Below are positions 8,809 through 17,199 of a stretch of 64,000 bases of DNA, piece by piece (position 1 is the stretch's first letter; the number at the start of each line of letters is the position of its first letter). Source of the stretch: a virus; UHGV virus genome UHGV-0286546. One strand, 5' to 3'. The translations under genes were made by a program, and so were the position numbers. Under the pieces are notes generated by a model that saw nothing but the letters and a program-made list of their open reading frames with translations, was not told the DNA's origin and ran no database searches.

Positions 8809-10890
8809 ATGGAAGATTTACCATTAGAAATTGAAGAAAAAATAGAACAATTACCGATTTTACCTTTTGAAATAAACGAAGAATTTCAAGAGCTTATGTT
8901 TTCTGACTTGTTTTCTGATATTTTCAATTTTTATAAAGAAAATTATTTACCAGATACACTTAAAACAAAATCAGAAATTTATCAAAGAATAAGTTTGTAC
9001 CTAAATCTTACCGGACAAGGCGATAAATTTACAGAAGAAACTGATAAACTCCTTTGGCGAAGACCTTGCCCTGATATTCATACCTTCTTGGCAGATAAAT
9101 TTTACATGGGATATAACAACAGTACTTTGTATCCATTCTGGCGTGAAAAACTAGAGTACATGTTTAGAGATTCTTCACCTGTTAGAAAAGCTATATTTTC
9201 GGGTTGTATAGGATCTGGTAAGTCGACAGTAGCTCGTAAAGCCTTCGTATACGTTCTATATCGCTTACTTTGTTTACGCTATCCACGCTCTGTACTTAAT
9301 ATTGACCAAGATGCTACAATTGCAAACGTCGTTATTGCTACAACTCTGAAACAAGTGTATGAAGTTAATATTCTTCCATTTATTAAACTTATGGAAACAA
9401 TGCCTTGCTTTCAAAGAGTTATGTCACAGAGGTCCTTTGAAAACTTTAATCTCGAAGATCCTCTTTGCCCTATACCTTTTTATTTTGAAAAAAGCAGTGG
9501 TACAATACATTTTCCTGACAATATTATTTTAACCAGTGGTAGTCAACCGACACACTTTACTGGTATGAATGTCATTAATTCATTCTGCTTCACAGAAACT
9601 ACAAAAGTATATACAAACGTTGGAACAATTACATTTGCTTCATTATTAACGCGTTTTAATCGTAAAGAAAAAATATATACATATACTATAGACAAAAACG
9701 GAAATAAAGAAAAAAGTTTAATTACAGACGTTAAAGTAACCGGGTATAAAACAGATTTAATTAGAATCTATTATGAGGATGATAGATATATCGAATGTAC
9801 TCCAGAACATCCTTTTGTAATATCTAATCCAAAAGAGAACGATAAACATGTAATATATGAAAACGGAATCCCATACAAACAAGCTCAATACTTAACAGAA
9901 GAAGATGAAATAGTATCCGAAAAACATGCCTTTGTTTATGAATTAATTGACAATCGACCAGATTCGGCATATTTCAACAAACCGTTTTATATTGGAATAA
10001 GTACGCATGATAATACGCTTGTAAAGTCACATTCTGTTAAATTTTTAAGACCTTACTCACATTTTACAAACAAATCACTAAAAAATGAAGCGAATTTAAT
10101 AAAAAAGAGTATTATTACAAAGATTTTGACAGCAGGTTTGAAACCAAAAATAAATATCATAAAAGAAAATTTAACTTTACAAGAAGCATATACTTTAGAA
10201 AAAGAATTGATCAATAAATATGGAAAAAGATATGACAATTCCGGAATATTAGCAAATATAAGTTCAGGTGGGGAAGGTATAATACTAACTACTCCGGATA
10301 TAATTAAAAGAAAAAGTGAAAATATAAAGAAAACTAAAGCAAAAATTCGTGCGCAAAAAATCGCCGAAAAACAACAAGAATGGGATACTTTGATAAGTAG
10401 TATATCTGGACGTTTGGCTATAATGATCGTATGCTTGCAATACATTGACGCTGTTCGGAAACGTTACCAACAAGGTGCTAATTCACCGCATAAGAAAGAA
10501 GTATCGAGGCAAAATATGATTAAATATAATAAATCAGAAGAACATAGAAAATTAACAGCGTATTATAATTCCATTCGTCCAAAAGTTTCTTCTAAAGAGA
10601 GTAGAGAAAAATTAAGTAAAAGCCAAAAAGAAGCATGGCGTAGAAAACCAATAGAAGAAAAAAGAGAAGTCAGTATCGGAAGAAGTTTAACAAATGCTTG
10701 GAATGTTTTACAAAAAATAGAAGGAAACAAAATTAACTCAAAGATTTTTAATGCTCATAGAATACCAAAAACTATGCATTCACGTACCGATCCTTGCTGG
10801 GAAACCTTGGTTAAAAAAATAGGAAGTGTTGAAAAGTTTTTAGATATGGTTAATAAAAAATACGGTAAGAGGTTTATATATGAAGATTAA
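8809..10890 (+). CDS. terL: Terminase large subunit N-extein (ATPase, Walker A) fused in frame to the intein N-terminal splicing domain and an I-TevI-like GIY-YIG/NUMOD homing endonuclease domain.
   Basis: Walker A is AIFSGCIGSGKST. The extein ends ...MNVINSF. The intein starts at Cys codon 9586-9588 (CFTETTKVYTNVGTITFASLL, block A) and block B is ECTPEHPFV. The GIY-YIG domain (FVYELIDNRPDSAYFNKPFYIGIS ... R..H ... N ... E) follows. Then NUMOD3-like basic repeats (HKKEVSRQNMIKYN, SKESREKLSKSQKEAWRRK). The ORF stops at 10888-10890. Confidence 0.75.
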   Translation: MEDLPLEIEEKIEQLPILPFEINEEFQELMFSDLFSDIFNFYKENYLPDTLKTKSEIYQRISLYLNLTGQGDKFTEETDKLLWRRPCPDIHTFLADKFYMGYNNSTLYPFWREKLEYMFRDSSPVRKAIFSGCIGSGKSTVARKAFVYVLYRLLCLRYPRSVLNIDQDATIANVVIATTLKQVYEVNILPFIKLMETMPCFQRVMSQRSFENFNLEDPLCPIPFYFEKSSGTIHFPDNIILTSGSQPTHFTGMNVINSFCFTETTKVYTNVGTITFASLLTRFNRKEKIYTYTIDKNGNKEKSLITDVKVTGYKTDLIRIYYEDDRYIECTPEHPFVISNPKENDKHVIYENGIPYKQAQYLTEEDEIVSEKHAFVYELIDNRPDSAYFNKPFYIGISTHDNTLVKSHSVKFLRPYSHFTNKSLKNEANLIKKSIITKILTAGLKPKINIIKENLTLQEAYTLEKELINKYGKRYDNSGILANISSGGEGIILTTPDIIKRKSENIKKTKAKIRAQKIAEKQQEWDTLISSISGRLAIMIVCLQYIDAVRKRYQQGANSPHKKEVSRQNMIKYNKSEEHRKLTAYYNSIRPKVSSKESREKLSKSQKEAWRRKPIEEKREVSIGRSLTNAWNVLQKIEGNKINSKIFNAHRIPKTMHSRTDPCWETLVKKIGSVEKFLDMVNKKYGKRFIYED

Positions 10891-11008
10891 AAAAATAGAA
10901 AAAATACACCTAGATGAACCTGTACCAGTGTATGATTTAACTGTAGAAAATGAAAATCACAACTTCGCATTGAGCCTAGACGATGGTACTATTGCGTTTG
11001 CCCACAAT
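9586..11008 (+). mobile_element. Intein (Hint domain) carrying a GIY-YIG homing endonuclease, inserted in the terminase Walker-B region. Its reading frame is split (+1) at 10880-10890.
   Basis: N-terminal blocks A and B are in ORF 8809..10890. C-terminal blocks F and G (VYDLTVENENHNFAL ... GTIAFAHN followed by +1 Cys at 11009) are in ORF 10880..12253. The predicted spliced junction is ...VINSF/CDEIND..., reconstituting an hhhhDE-like Walker B. Confidence 0.7.
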
Positions 11009-12253
11009 TGTGATGAGATCAATGATTACGGTAGTGTCGAAAGTACAATCGCATTATTAAATACCCTAGATAACAGATTTTCTAGTAGATTTTCTAATGT
11101 GGATTTGGTATTTCAAAGCGTTGTGAGTTCGGCTCGTACAACCAATTCTGCTTTGGGTGAGTATGTTCGTCACTTACCACAAAATGACCCTTCTATTCTA
11201 AAATTAAATCCAATGTTGTGGGAAGTTAAACCAGACCCAGACTTTAAAGGAGACGGTACAACTTTTCCAGTAATGGTAGGCAATGGTAGTATTCCGTCTA
11301 AAATTATTACTGACCCCGGTGAATTAAAAGCTATAGAAGAAAGTAAGTATGAACCACCAGCTGGATGTATTTTAATTAATGTACCAACAATCTTTCGTTC
11401 TAAATTCGAATTACAATTAGATCAATCGATACAAGATATTGCAGGTATAACTACAGATGATGACAACAGTGTATTTCGTGATACTACACAATTAGAAGAT
11501 ACTCGGCTTAATCCTGAATTTGTTTTAGAGGTTAACATAAGAGATAATACAAACATTCTTGACTTATTAAAGCAATACGATTTGTTTGAAATGAACTTGA
11601 ATAATACTTGGCAATTTAAAAGAGCACCGAAAGCAGATCGTTATGGGCATGTAGATTTAGCCGGCGGTGGTTCTGATGGACAATGTGACGCTGCCGTTTG
11701 TATTTTACATAAAGAATATCAGTATAATGAAGTAACTAAGTTGAAAGATATAATTTATGTAGTTGATTTATTATTAGCCATTAATGCAAAGAATAAGGTT
11801 GATATAAAAGCTATTCAAAACTTTTTAATTGATTTAGTAGTAGAAAGAAATATACCTATTCATACTATAACGGCAGATCAATGGCAAAGTTTGATGTTTT
11901 TACAGACTTTAGAGGCATCGGGTTGTTTTAGTAAGGTTGACAAATTATCTGTAGATACCAAGTTAGAGCCTTATACTAATTTAGCTACAATGTTAGAGCA
12001 AGGACAAGTTAAAGTAGGTAGTTGTCCTAAACTTAAAAAAGAATTAGAAGCATTAATATTAGATAAAGGTAAAGTAACACGTACGACAGAACTTAAAGAT
12101 TTAGCAGATGCATTAGTAGGTGCTGTATGGAATGCTCAATTAAATTATACAGATGTACCTATTTATGAATATACTAAACCAGAACTTAAAACAAGAGTAC
12201 TTACGTATACAGATTATATAGATTCCTCCTCCGAATTATTATGTGATTTATAG
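10880..12253 (+). CDS. terL: Intein C-terminal segment (43 aa, own ATG and SD-like AAGAGGT) fused to the terminase large subunit C-extein (nuclease domain).
   Basis: MKIKKIEKIHLDEPVPVYDLTVENENHNFALSLDDGTIAFAHN then CDEINDYGS. The RNaseH-like terminase nuclease motif is GHVDLAGGGSDGQCDAAVCIL (hhGxDxAxxGxDxxA). Confidence 0.75.
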   Translation: MKIKKIEKIHLDEPVPVYDLTVENENHNFALSLDDGTIAFAHNCDEINDYGSVESTIALLNTLDNRFSSRFSNVDLVFQSVVSSARTTNSALGEYVRHLPQNDPSILKLNPMLWEVKPDPDFKGDGTTFPVMVGNGSIPSKIITDPGELKAIEESKYEPPAGCILINVPTIFRSKFELQLDQSIQDIAGITTDDDNSVFRDTTQLEDTRLNPEFVLEVNIRDNTNILDLLKQYDLFEMNLNNTWQFKRAPKADRYGHVDLAGGGSDGQCDAAVCILHKEYQYNEVTKLKDIIYVVDLLLAINAKNKVDIKAIQNFLIDLVVERNIPIHTITADQWQSLMFLQTLEASGCFSKVDKLSVDTKLEPYTNLATMLEQGQVKVGSCPKLKKELEALILDKGKVTRTTELKDLADALVGAVWNAQLNYTDVPIYEYTKPELKTRVLTYTDYIDSSSELLCDL

Positions 12254-12591
12254 AATTTTGTTTCATATGTTAATACAGCCAATCTATAATCATAACGATG
12301 GATTCTACACAGAGTCTGTAATTCTTCAGCTTGTTCTTTAGAATCATTTTCCAAGTACCATTCGTAGAGACTTCTGTATAATTCTTGAGGAGTAGGTTTA
12401 TTATATTTTCTTTCATATAAGGTATCTTCGATCTTATTTAGAATGCTATCACTTGTTTTAGCAACATCACCTAAAGATTCTGAACAGTAATCCAACGAGT
12501 CTAACACTTTGTCCATTTTTTCAAGTAGCTCACTTGGAACTTCAAATATAATCGGGTGACTGTGCATTGCTATATCTTCCTCTTCTGACAT
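12214..12591 (-). CDS. Hypothetical small acidic protein. It is convergent with the terminase gene and overlaps its 3' end by 40 nt.
   Basis: 125-aa ORF on the opposite strand between plus-strand gene blocks. Confidence 0.4.
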   Translation of the reverse strand: MSEEEDIAMHSHPIIFEVPSELLEKMDKVLDSLDYCSESLGDVAKTSDSILNKIEDTLYERKYNKPTPQELYRSLYEWYLENDSKEQAEELQTLCRIHRYDYRLAVLTYETKFYKSHNNSEEESI

Positions 12592-12719
12592 TTCAACCTC
12601 AAAATTTGTTTTACTTTAATTTCAATTTATAATAATGATTTTTGATTGTAAAGCAAATTATTATTCTCTTTTAATCAACTTCTGCTTTTTATCTTTTTTG
12701 ATTATTGGATTTTTTAAAG

Positions 12720-12732
12720 GTTCTATAATCTA
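12720..12732 (+). promoter_or_regulatory. GTTCTA-box element (GTTCTATAATCTA).
   Basis: 72 nt upstream of the preferred start ATG 12798. Confidence 0.3.
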
Positions 12733-13538
12733 TGTCAAAATTTAAAAATACGGTTTTGCATGCAGATAAAGAGGCAGAAAAAACTAGGAAGTATAATATG
12801 TTAAATGAAGACATTTGGTCATTTATACGTGTTGTATTCTTTTCTGGAGTAATCTTGTTAAGTAATATACACGAAGTAAATGCCAAAACTAATTACGAAG
12901 CTTTGCATATTAACCATGATGTCATTGCTAAATATGAAAGTGGTGATAAAGGGTACGAAGCTATAGCAAAAGATAATTATAGTGGACATTCTTATGGTAA
13001 ATGGCAAATCTCAACTTATCGTAAAAATGGTAAATCTTCTACATTTGATTATTTTCTAAAATATGCTAAAGAAAACGATGTAGAATTATATAATATACTA
13101 GAAAAAGCAGGTGGATATAAAGCAGCATATAGAGGTGATAAATTATTTACTAAAGTATGGTTAAATCTTGCTTCTAATAAAAAATTTCAAAACCTCTATG
13201 ATAACTTTATATTAAATACTCAAATTGTTCCAGTATATCGTCGTTTAGATGATACGCATGATGCCAGATTAGATAGAGTAACTACGTGGGGTTCTTCTAA
13301 TGATGCAGTTCAAGCGGCGATTAAATCAATTATTATTCAACATGGATGTGGCGGTGCCTATAAAATGATTAATACAGTTATGGACACACATAATCCAAAA
13401 ACAGAGGAAGACTTTTTAAATAGGTTGTATAACCTTAGAATTAGTAAATTTCCTCTGTATGTCGGTCGTTATAAAGCCGAACACAAAGAATTGAAACAAA
13501 TTCTTATTACCCACAAACAAAACAATAAAATAATCTAA
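12732..13538 (+). CDS. Secreted or membrane-anchored protein with a GH108-like (lysozyme-like) N-terminal motif. The likely true start is ATG 12798.
   Basis: The internal ATG at 12798 is preceded by AGGAAG (9 nt spacing) and yields a signal-peptide-like MLNEDIWSFIRVVFFSGVILLSNIHEVNA. The segment IAKYESGDKGYEAIAKDNYSGHSYGKWQIS resembles the GH108 EGGYvnxxxDxGGxTxyGIT signature. This is a weak call. Confidence 0.45.
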   Translation: MSKFKNTVLHADKEAEKTRKYNMLNEDIWSFIRVVFFSGVILLSNIHEVNAKTNYEALHINHDVIAKYESGDKGYEAIAKDNYSGHSYGKWQISTYRKNGKSSTFDYFLKYAKENDVELYNILEKAGGYKAAYRGDKLFTKVWLNLASNKKFQNLYDNFILNTQIVPVYRRLDDTHDARLDRVTTWGSSNDAVQAAIKSIIIQHGCGGAYKMINTVMDTHNPKTEEDFLNRLYNLRISKFPLYVGRYKAEHKELKQILITHKQNNKII

Positions 13539-13604
13539 TCTTTAATTATATCTGTCTCTTAATTGTAAAAGTCATCTTTAAATAAGGTGGCTTTTTTCTT
13601 ATTC

Positions 13605-13617
13605 GTTCTATATAAGG
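13605..13617 (+). promoter_or_regulatory. GTTCTA-box element (GTTCTATATAAGG).
   Basis: 23 nt upstream of ORF 13634. Nearly identical to the site at 20365 (GTTCTATATAAAG). Confidence 0.35.
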
Positions 13618-13633
13618 TAATCATTTTTTTATT

Positions 13634-14305
13634 ATGGAGTTAACTATGTCAGTCTTATATGGTTTATGGTGGGGTTTTTTACGTAGATGGTTTGGTGGAT
13701 TATTTCCTGATGAACAATATAAAATTCTTGGTAACCGCGGACTACAAACAACAGTAATGATTCTTAGTTTGTTACCAGTTATATTCGTCCATACAAAAGA
13801 AATCTACAGTACCTTAAACATTTACGTTATTCTTGCTATTACTCTATTTATTACGTTATGGATTCAATTTCAGTTTTGGTCAAGAGGTCACGGTGCTACA
13901 TTCTTAGACATGGGACGTACTAAAGATCCTGATTTAAGCCGTTATGACAGATGGTTCAAAAAGCCGTTAGACAAATGCTGGGATAAATTACTACAATTAA
14001 AACAAAATAATAAAATTGCAGCTTTCTTATTACAAAAATGGTCAGGAAGAAAGTACGGTTATACTTATGATATGATTTACCACACTCTTCGTTACACCAT
14101 TTGTATGATTGTTCCTGCCATCTTATTAAAATCTTGGGCATTTATTATAATAGGTCTTATTTCTGCTCCTCTTTATGAATTAGCAATAAGATTCTATGAA
14201 AAAGCTAACTATAAATATGCTTGGATGAAATTACCTTGGTTAAACAGTCCAAATAAGCCTACTGAAATTATTTATGGTTTTATTTTCGGAGTACTGGTAT
14301 ACTAA
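13634..14305 (+). CDS. Multi-pass membrane protein (4-5 predicted TM helices).
   Basis: Hydrophobic stretches include LWWGFLRRWFGGLF, TTVMILSLLPVIFV, IYVILAITLFITLWIQF, ICMIVPAILLKSWAFIIIGLISAPL and IIYGFIFGVLVY. Confidence 0.55.
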   Translation: MELTMSVLYGLWWGFLRRWFGGLFPDEQYKILGNRGLQTTVMILSLLPVIFVHTKEIYSTLNIYVILAITLFITLWIQFQFWSRGHGATFLDMGRTKDPDLSRYDRWFKKPLDKCWDKLLQLKQNNKIAAFLLQKWSGRKYGYTYDMIYHTLRYTICMIVPAILLKSWAFIIIGLISAPLYELAIRFYEKANYKYAWMKLPWLNSPNKPTEIIYGFIFGVLVY

Positions 14306-14392
14306 ATGAAAATACTACAACTACTTATATTGTTCTTTAGTATTTTACTTATTTGTATAATAATGGCTTTTATTGCTTTACAAAGAGTATAG
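14306..14392 (+). CDS. Putative 28-aa single-TM micro-protein (MKILQLLILFFSILLICIIMAFIALQRV). It is not in the ORF track.
   Basis: The ATG sits immediately after the TAA of the upstream membrane-protein gene (TAAATG). The whole product is hydrophobic. Confidence 0.25.
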   Translation: MKILQLLILFFSILLICIIMAFIALQRV

Positions 14393-14429
14393 ATTAAAGC
14401 ATAATAATTAAAAAGGAGAGGTTGTTTTA

Positions 14430-15929
14430 ATGAAATATATTTGTCAGTATTGTGGTAAAGAATATGAAGCTGATGTCAATAATGGACCTTGGCAAAAAGA
14501 TAATACACAAAAAATGGTAAAACAGGGTGTAAATGTTTCCAGATTCTGTTGCTATGAATGTGGTAAAGCTGCACGTAAAGAAAAAATAGCTAAAAACTGG
14601 CAAAATAAAAGCTTAGAAGAAAGAGAAAGCATAAACAAAAAACGTAAATCATCAATTCTTCCTAAAGTTTGTAAAAATTGCGGTAAAACCTTTATACCAA
14701 ATCAAGCCGGAGGATCAAAAAATGGTGTCTATCTTTGTTCTGATCAATGCCGAAAAGAATATTTCCAACAAATTCCAGAATCCGGTATGCGTATTTGTGA
14801 AGAATGTGGTAAAGAATACTATTATGAAAAAAATCAAGGTAATTGGAATAAAGATAACGAATTAATAGATTCTTCTGAAAACAATAAAGAATTTTCAATT
14901 AAAAGTCATAGATTCTGTTGTTATGAATGCGGTGTAAAACATAAAGAAAAATTAAGAAAAATAACTAATCTACAAAAATATGGTTATTTGAGTCCATGGC
15001 AGGATATTGTTATTCGTGAAAAAATGTTTGATAAAATGAAAAAGGATGGTACATTGTTTAGTTCAAAGCCAGAAAAAGAAATTCGTGCATTTATAGAAAG
15101 TCTCGGTTTTAGTACTGACAAATTTATCATTGGTGACGGACGCACTTCTCAGCGCTTTGAAATTGATATATACATTCCAGAAAAAAATATCGGTGTTGAA
15201 TTTAATGGTGCATACTTTCATAGTATTAATGGTAAAAAAATAGGCTTTATATCGCATAATTATCACTATAACAAATCAAAAATTGCTAAAGAAAAAGGTA
15301 TAGAATTAATACACATTTGGGAAGATCAATGGGCAAACCAAAAAGATATTGTAAAAGATATATTAAAAGCTAGATTAGGTGTAATTGATAAAGATAATCG
15401 TATATACGCTAGACAATGTACGATTAAAGAAATATCAACAGAAGAATATAAAACCTTTTGCGAAAAATACCATATGCAAGGATATAGAAGTGCCAAAATA
15501 AAATACGGTTTATTCTATCAAGGTAAACTCGTACAAATATCTTCCTTTAGCCGAACTAGAAATACCGGTAAAGCCATACAGAAAAACCAAGAATATGAAT
15601 ATGAATGGTGTCGTGGCTGTATAGCTTCTAATAACTTTGTAATCGGAGGTACTTCAAAATTATTAAAACATTTTATCAAAGAATACGATCCTGATTCAAT
15701 TCTATGCTATGCAGATTGGAATTTATTTAATGGAAACGGCTATAAAGAAGCAGGTTTTGAATTTGACGGATATACAGGACCAGATAAATTCTATATTCAA
15801 CCAAAACCAATACTTAGAATAAATCGTAATCCTCATAAGTATAAAGAATATAAACGACTCGTAGAAGATCATAAATTATGGTTATGTTATGGAGCCGGAT
15901 CATTACGGTTTAAATGGATTAAAAAATGA
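14430..15929 (+). CDS. Zinc-ribbon-repeat protein with a DUF559/Vsr-like PD-(D/E)xK endonuclease domain (homing-endonuclease-like).
   Basis: Six CxxC pairs occur at the N-terminus (CQYCGK, CCYECGK, CKNCGK, CSDQCRK, CEECGK, CCYECG). EKEIRAFIESLGF...RFEIDIYIPEKNIGVEFNGAYFHS...GIELIHIWEDQW matches the E..DFyiPe..laIE.DG..H core. A strong SD (AAAAAGGAGAGG) is present. Confidence 0.55.
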   Translation: MKYICQYCGKEYEADVNNGPWQKDNTQKMVKQGVNVSRFCCYECGKAARKEKIAKNWQNKSLEERESINKKRKSSILPKVCKNCGKTFIPNQAGGSKNGVYLCSDQCRKEYFQQIPESGMRICEECGKEYYYEKNQGNWNKDNELIDSSENNKEFSIKSHRFCCYECGVKHKEKLRKITNLQKYGYLSPWQDIVIREKMFDKMKKDGTLFSSKPEKEIRAFIESLGFSTDKFIIGDGRTSQRFEIDIYIPEKNIGVEFNGAYFHSINGKKIGFISHNYHYNKSKIAKEKGIELIHIWEDQWANQKDIVKDILKARLGVIDKDNRIYARQCTIKEISTEEYKTFCEKYHMQGYRSAKIKYGLFYQGKLVQISSFSRTRNTGKAIQKNQEYEYEWCRGCIASNNFVIGGTSKLLKHFIKEYDPDSILCYADWNLFNGNGYKEAGFEFDGYTGPDKFYIQPKPILRINRNPHKYKEYKRLVEDHKLWLCYGAGSLRFKWIKK

Positions 15930-16519
15930 ATCAAAGAGAATATAAACGCTTTTTACATCTACCTAAAGAAAAGCGCCCAGAATCCTTTTTTAAATATAGA
16001 AATCTAGCCGAAAAACTACTAGGATATAAAAGAAGACAAAACCTAGTAATACATCATTTACGCGATACAGAAGAACAACGCGAGTTTAACGACAATTACT
16101 ACGAACGCTGGGGAATAGACTTCAATGGTGAAATGAAATACTGTATTCTCGTAACCAAAGAAGAACACACCGCAATTCATAAATTAAGTGAAGAAACAAA
16201 AGCCAAAATTTCAAAATCAGTATCTATTAGCAAAACAAAACTCACCCAAGAACAACGTAAAGAAAATAAAAAATACGCAGACAGTAACTATAGAAAACAA
16301 AATAAAGAAAAAATCAAAAAATACAAAGAAGAATACTATATAAAAAATCAAGAAACGATTAAAGAAAATGTTAAAGAATACAGAAATTCACACAAAGACA
16401 AAATACGCGAATATAATAAAAAATGGAAAGAGAAAAATCGTGATAAAGTCTTAGAAGCTAAACGAAAAGCCTATCAAAAGAAAAAACAACTAAAAAATTC
16501 TAACAACAAAGCCTCCTAA
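15926..16519 (+). CDS. HNH endonuclease with a lysine-rich repeat tail.
   Basis: LVIHHLRD...FNGEMKYCILVTKEEHTAIH (HNH pattern). C-terminal K/E-rich heptad-like repeats. The start overlaps the upstream stop (ATGA). Confidence 0.6.
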   Translation: MNQREYKRFLHLPKEKRPESFFKYRNLAEKLLGYKRRQNLVIHHLRDTEEQREFNDNYYERWGIDFNGEMKYCILVTKEEHTAIHKLSEETKAKISKSVSISKTKLTQEQRKENKKYADSNYRKQNKEKIKKYKEEYYIKNQETIKENVKEYRNSHKDKIREYNKKWKEKNRDKVLEAKRKAYQKKKQLKNSNNKAS

Positions 16520-16530
16520 ATACAGCATTT

Positions 16531-16542
16531 GTTCTATATTAT
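16531..16542 (+). promoter_or_regulatory. GTTCTA-box element (ATACAGCATTTGTTCTATATTAT).
   Basis: 48 nt upstream of the tail tube gene. A TACAG motif precedes it, as at 8025 and 20362. Confidence 0.35.
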
Positions 16543-16584
16543 GAGCAGTCAAATCTACTTTAATAACTATAGGACAAAAATAAC

Positions 16585-17136
16585 ATGTTACATCCATTAA
16601 GTAAAGTTCAAAATCTTAAGGATCCGTTGAAGATGTTTGTGGCGACATTCCAAATCGTCTTCCAACCAAATTCCCCTCTTGTTTCATTAATTAAAACCGA
16701 CAACCTCGAACTACGTTGTCAAACCTTTGGATTACCTAAAATTACAGGTGATAAAACAGTCGTACAATGGGGCGGATTCGAGCGCAGATATGCAGGTAAA
16801 CAAACCAGAGCCGGTGACTGGACTTGTACGTTCACTGAAGTATGGGATTCCTCAATTACAGAAGCCTTTAAGGTATGGAACAATATGTATCATTCATATT
16901 TAAATGGTACAATTTCATTACTCGATGCTTATACTGCCACCGTCAACGTTACACTTGTTAACCCAGATGTTTATGATCCAAAACCAGAAGGATTAACTCG
17001 TTACGATATGCGTTTATTCGACGTATTCCCAACAGAAGTAAGTTACCCAACAATTAACGCCTCAAGTAGTGACCCTATCGAAATTACAGTTACATTGAGT
17101 TATAACTATTTCTTAATGGGCGACGAAAACGACTAA
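16585..17136 (+). CDS. Tail tube protein, T4 gp19 family.
   Basis: MFVATFQIVF...LRCQTFGLPKITGDKTVVQWGGFERRYAGKQTRAGDWTCTFTE...ITVTLSYNYFLMG is collinear with T4 gp19 (NLFQVEIS...FQCKATALP...VAGDRTFDDWTVTV...FEVTLALDYWE). Confidence 0.7.
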   Translation: MLHPLSKVQNLKDPLKMFVATFQIVFQPNSPLVSLIKTDNLELRCQTFGLPKITGDKTVVQWGGFERRYAGKQTRAGDWTCTFTEVWDSSITEAFKVWNNMYHSYLNGTISLLDAYTATVNVTLVNPDVYDPKPEGLTRYDMRLFDVFPTEVSYPTINASSSDPIEITVTLSYNYFLMGDEND

Positions 17137-17165
17137 AATATAATTAAGTATTTGATTTTTAAAGA

Positions 17166-17199
17166 AAATGCCAGGTTTTATTCTACTTGGCATTTTTTA
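17166..17199 (+). terminator. Rho-independent terminator after the tail tube gene.
   Basis: AATGCCAGGT / ACTTGGCATT 10-bp stem (one G-U pair), 8-nt loop, followed by TTTTTTATTTATTTT. Confidence 0.55.

Noticed and set aside
10866-10882. The AAGAGGT plus ATG at 10880 as definitive proof of an independently translated C-terminal split-intein half.
   Set aside because: It is suggestive but not conclusive. A single-nucleotide error in the A6 run at 10855-10860 would fuse the frames into a conventional contiguous intein. Both options are kept in the finding rather than asserting a split intein.
13539-13633. Hairpin terminator after ORF 12732..13538 (AAGGTGGCTTTTTTC).
   Set aside because: A T-run is present but no convincing complementary stem precedes it. 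The region more plausibly carries the GTTCTATATAAGG promoter-like box for the next gene.
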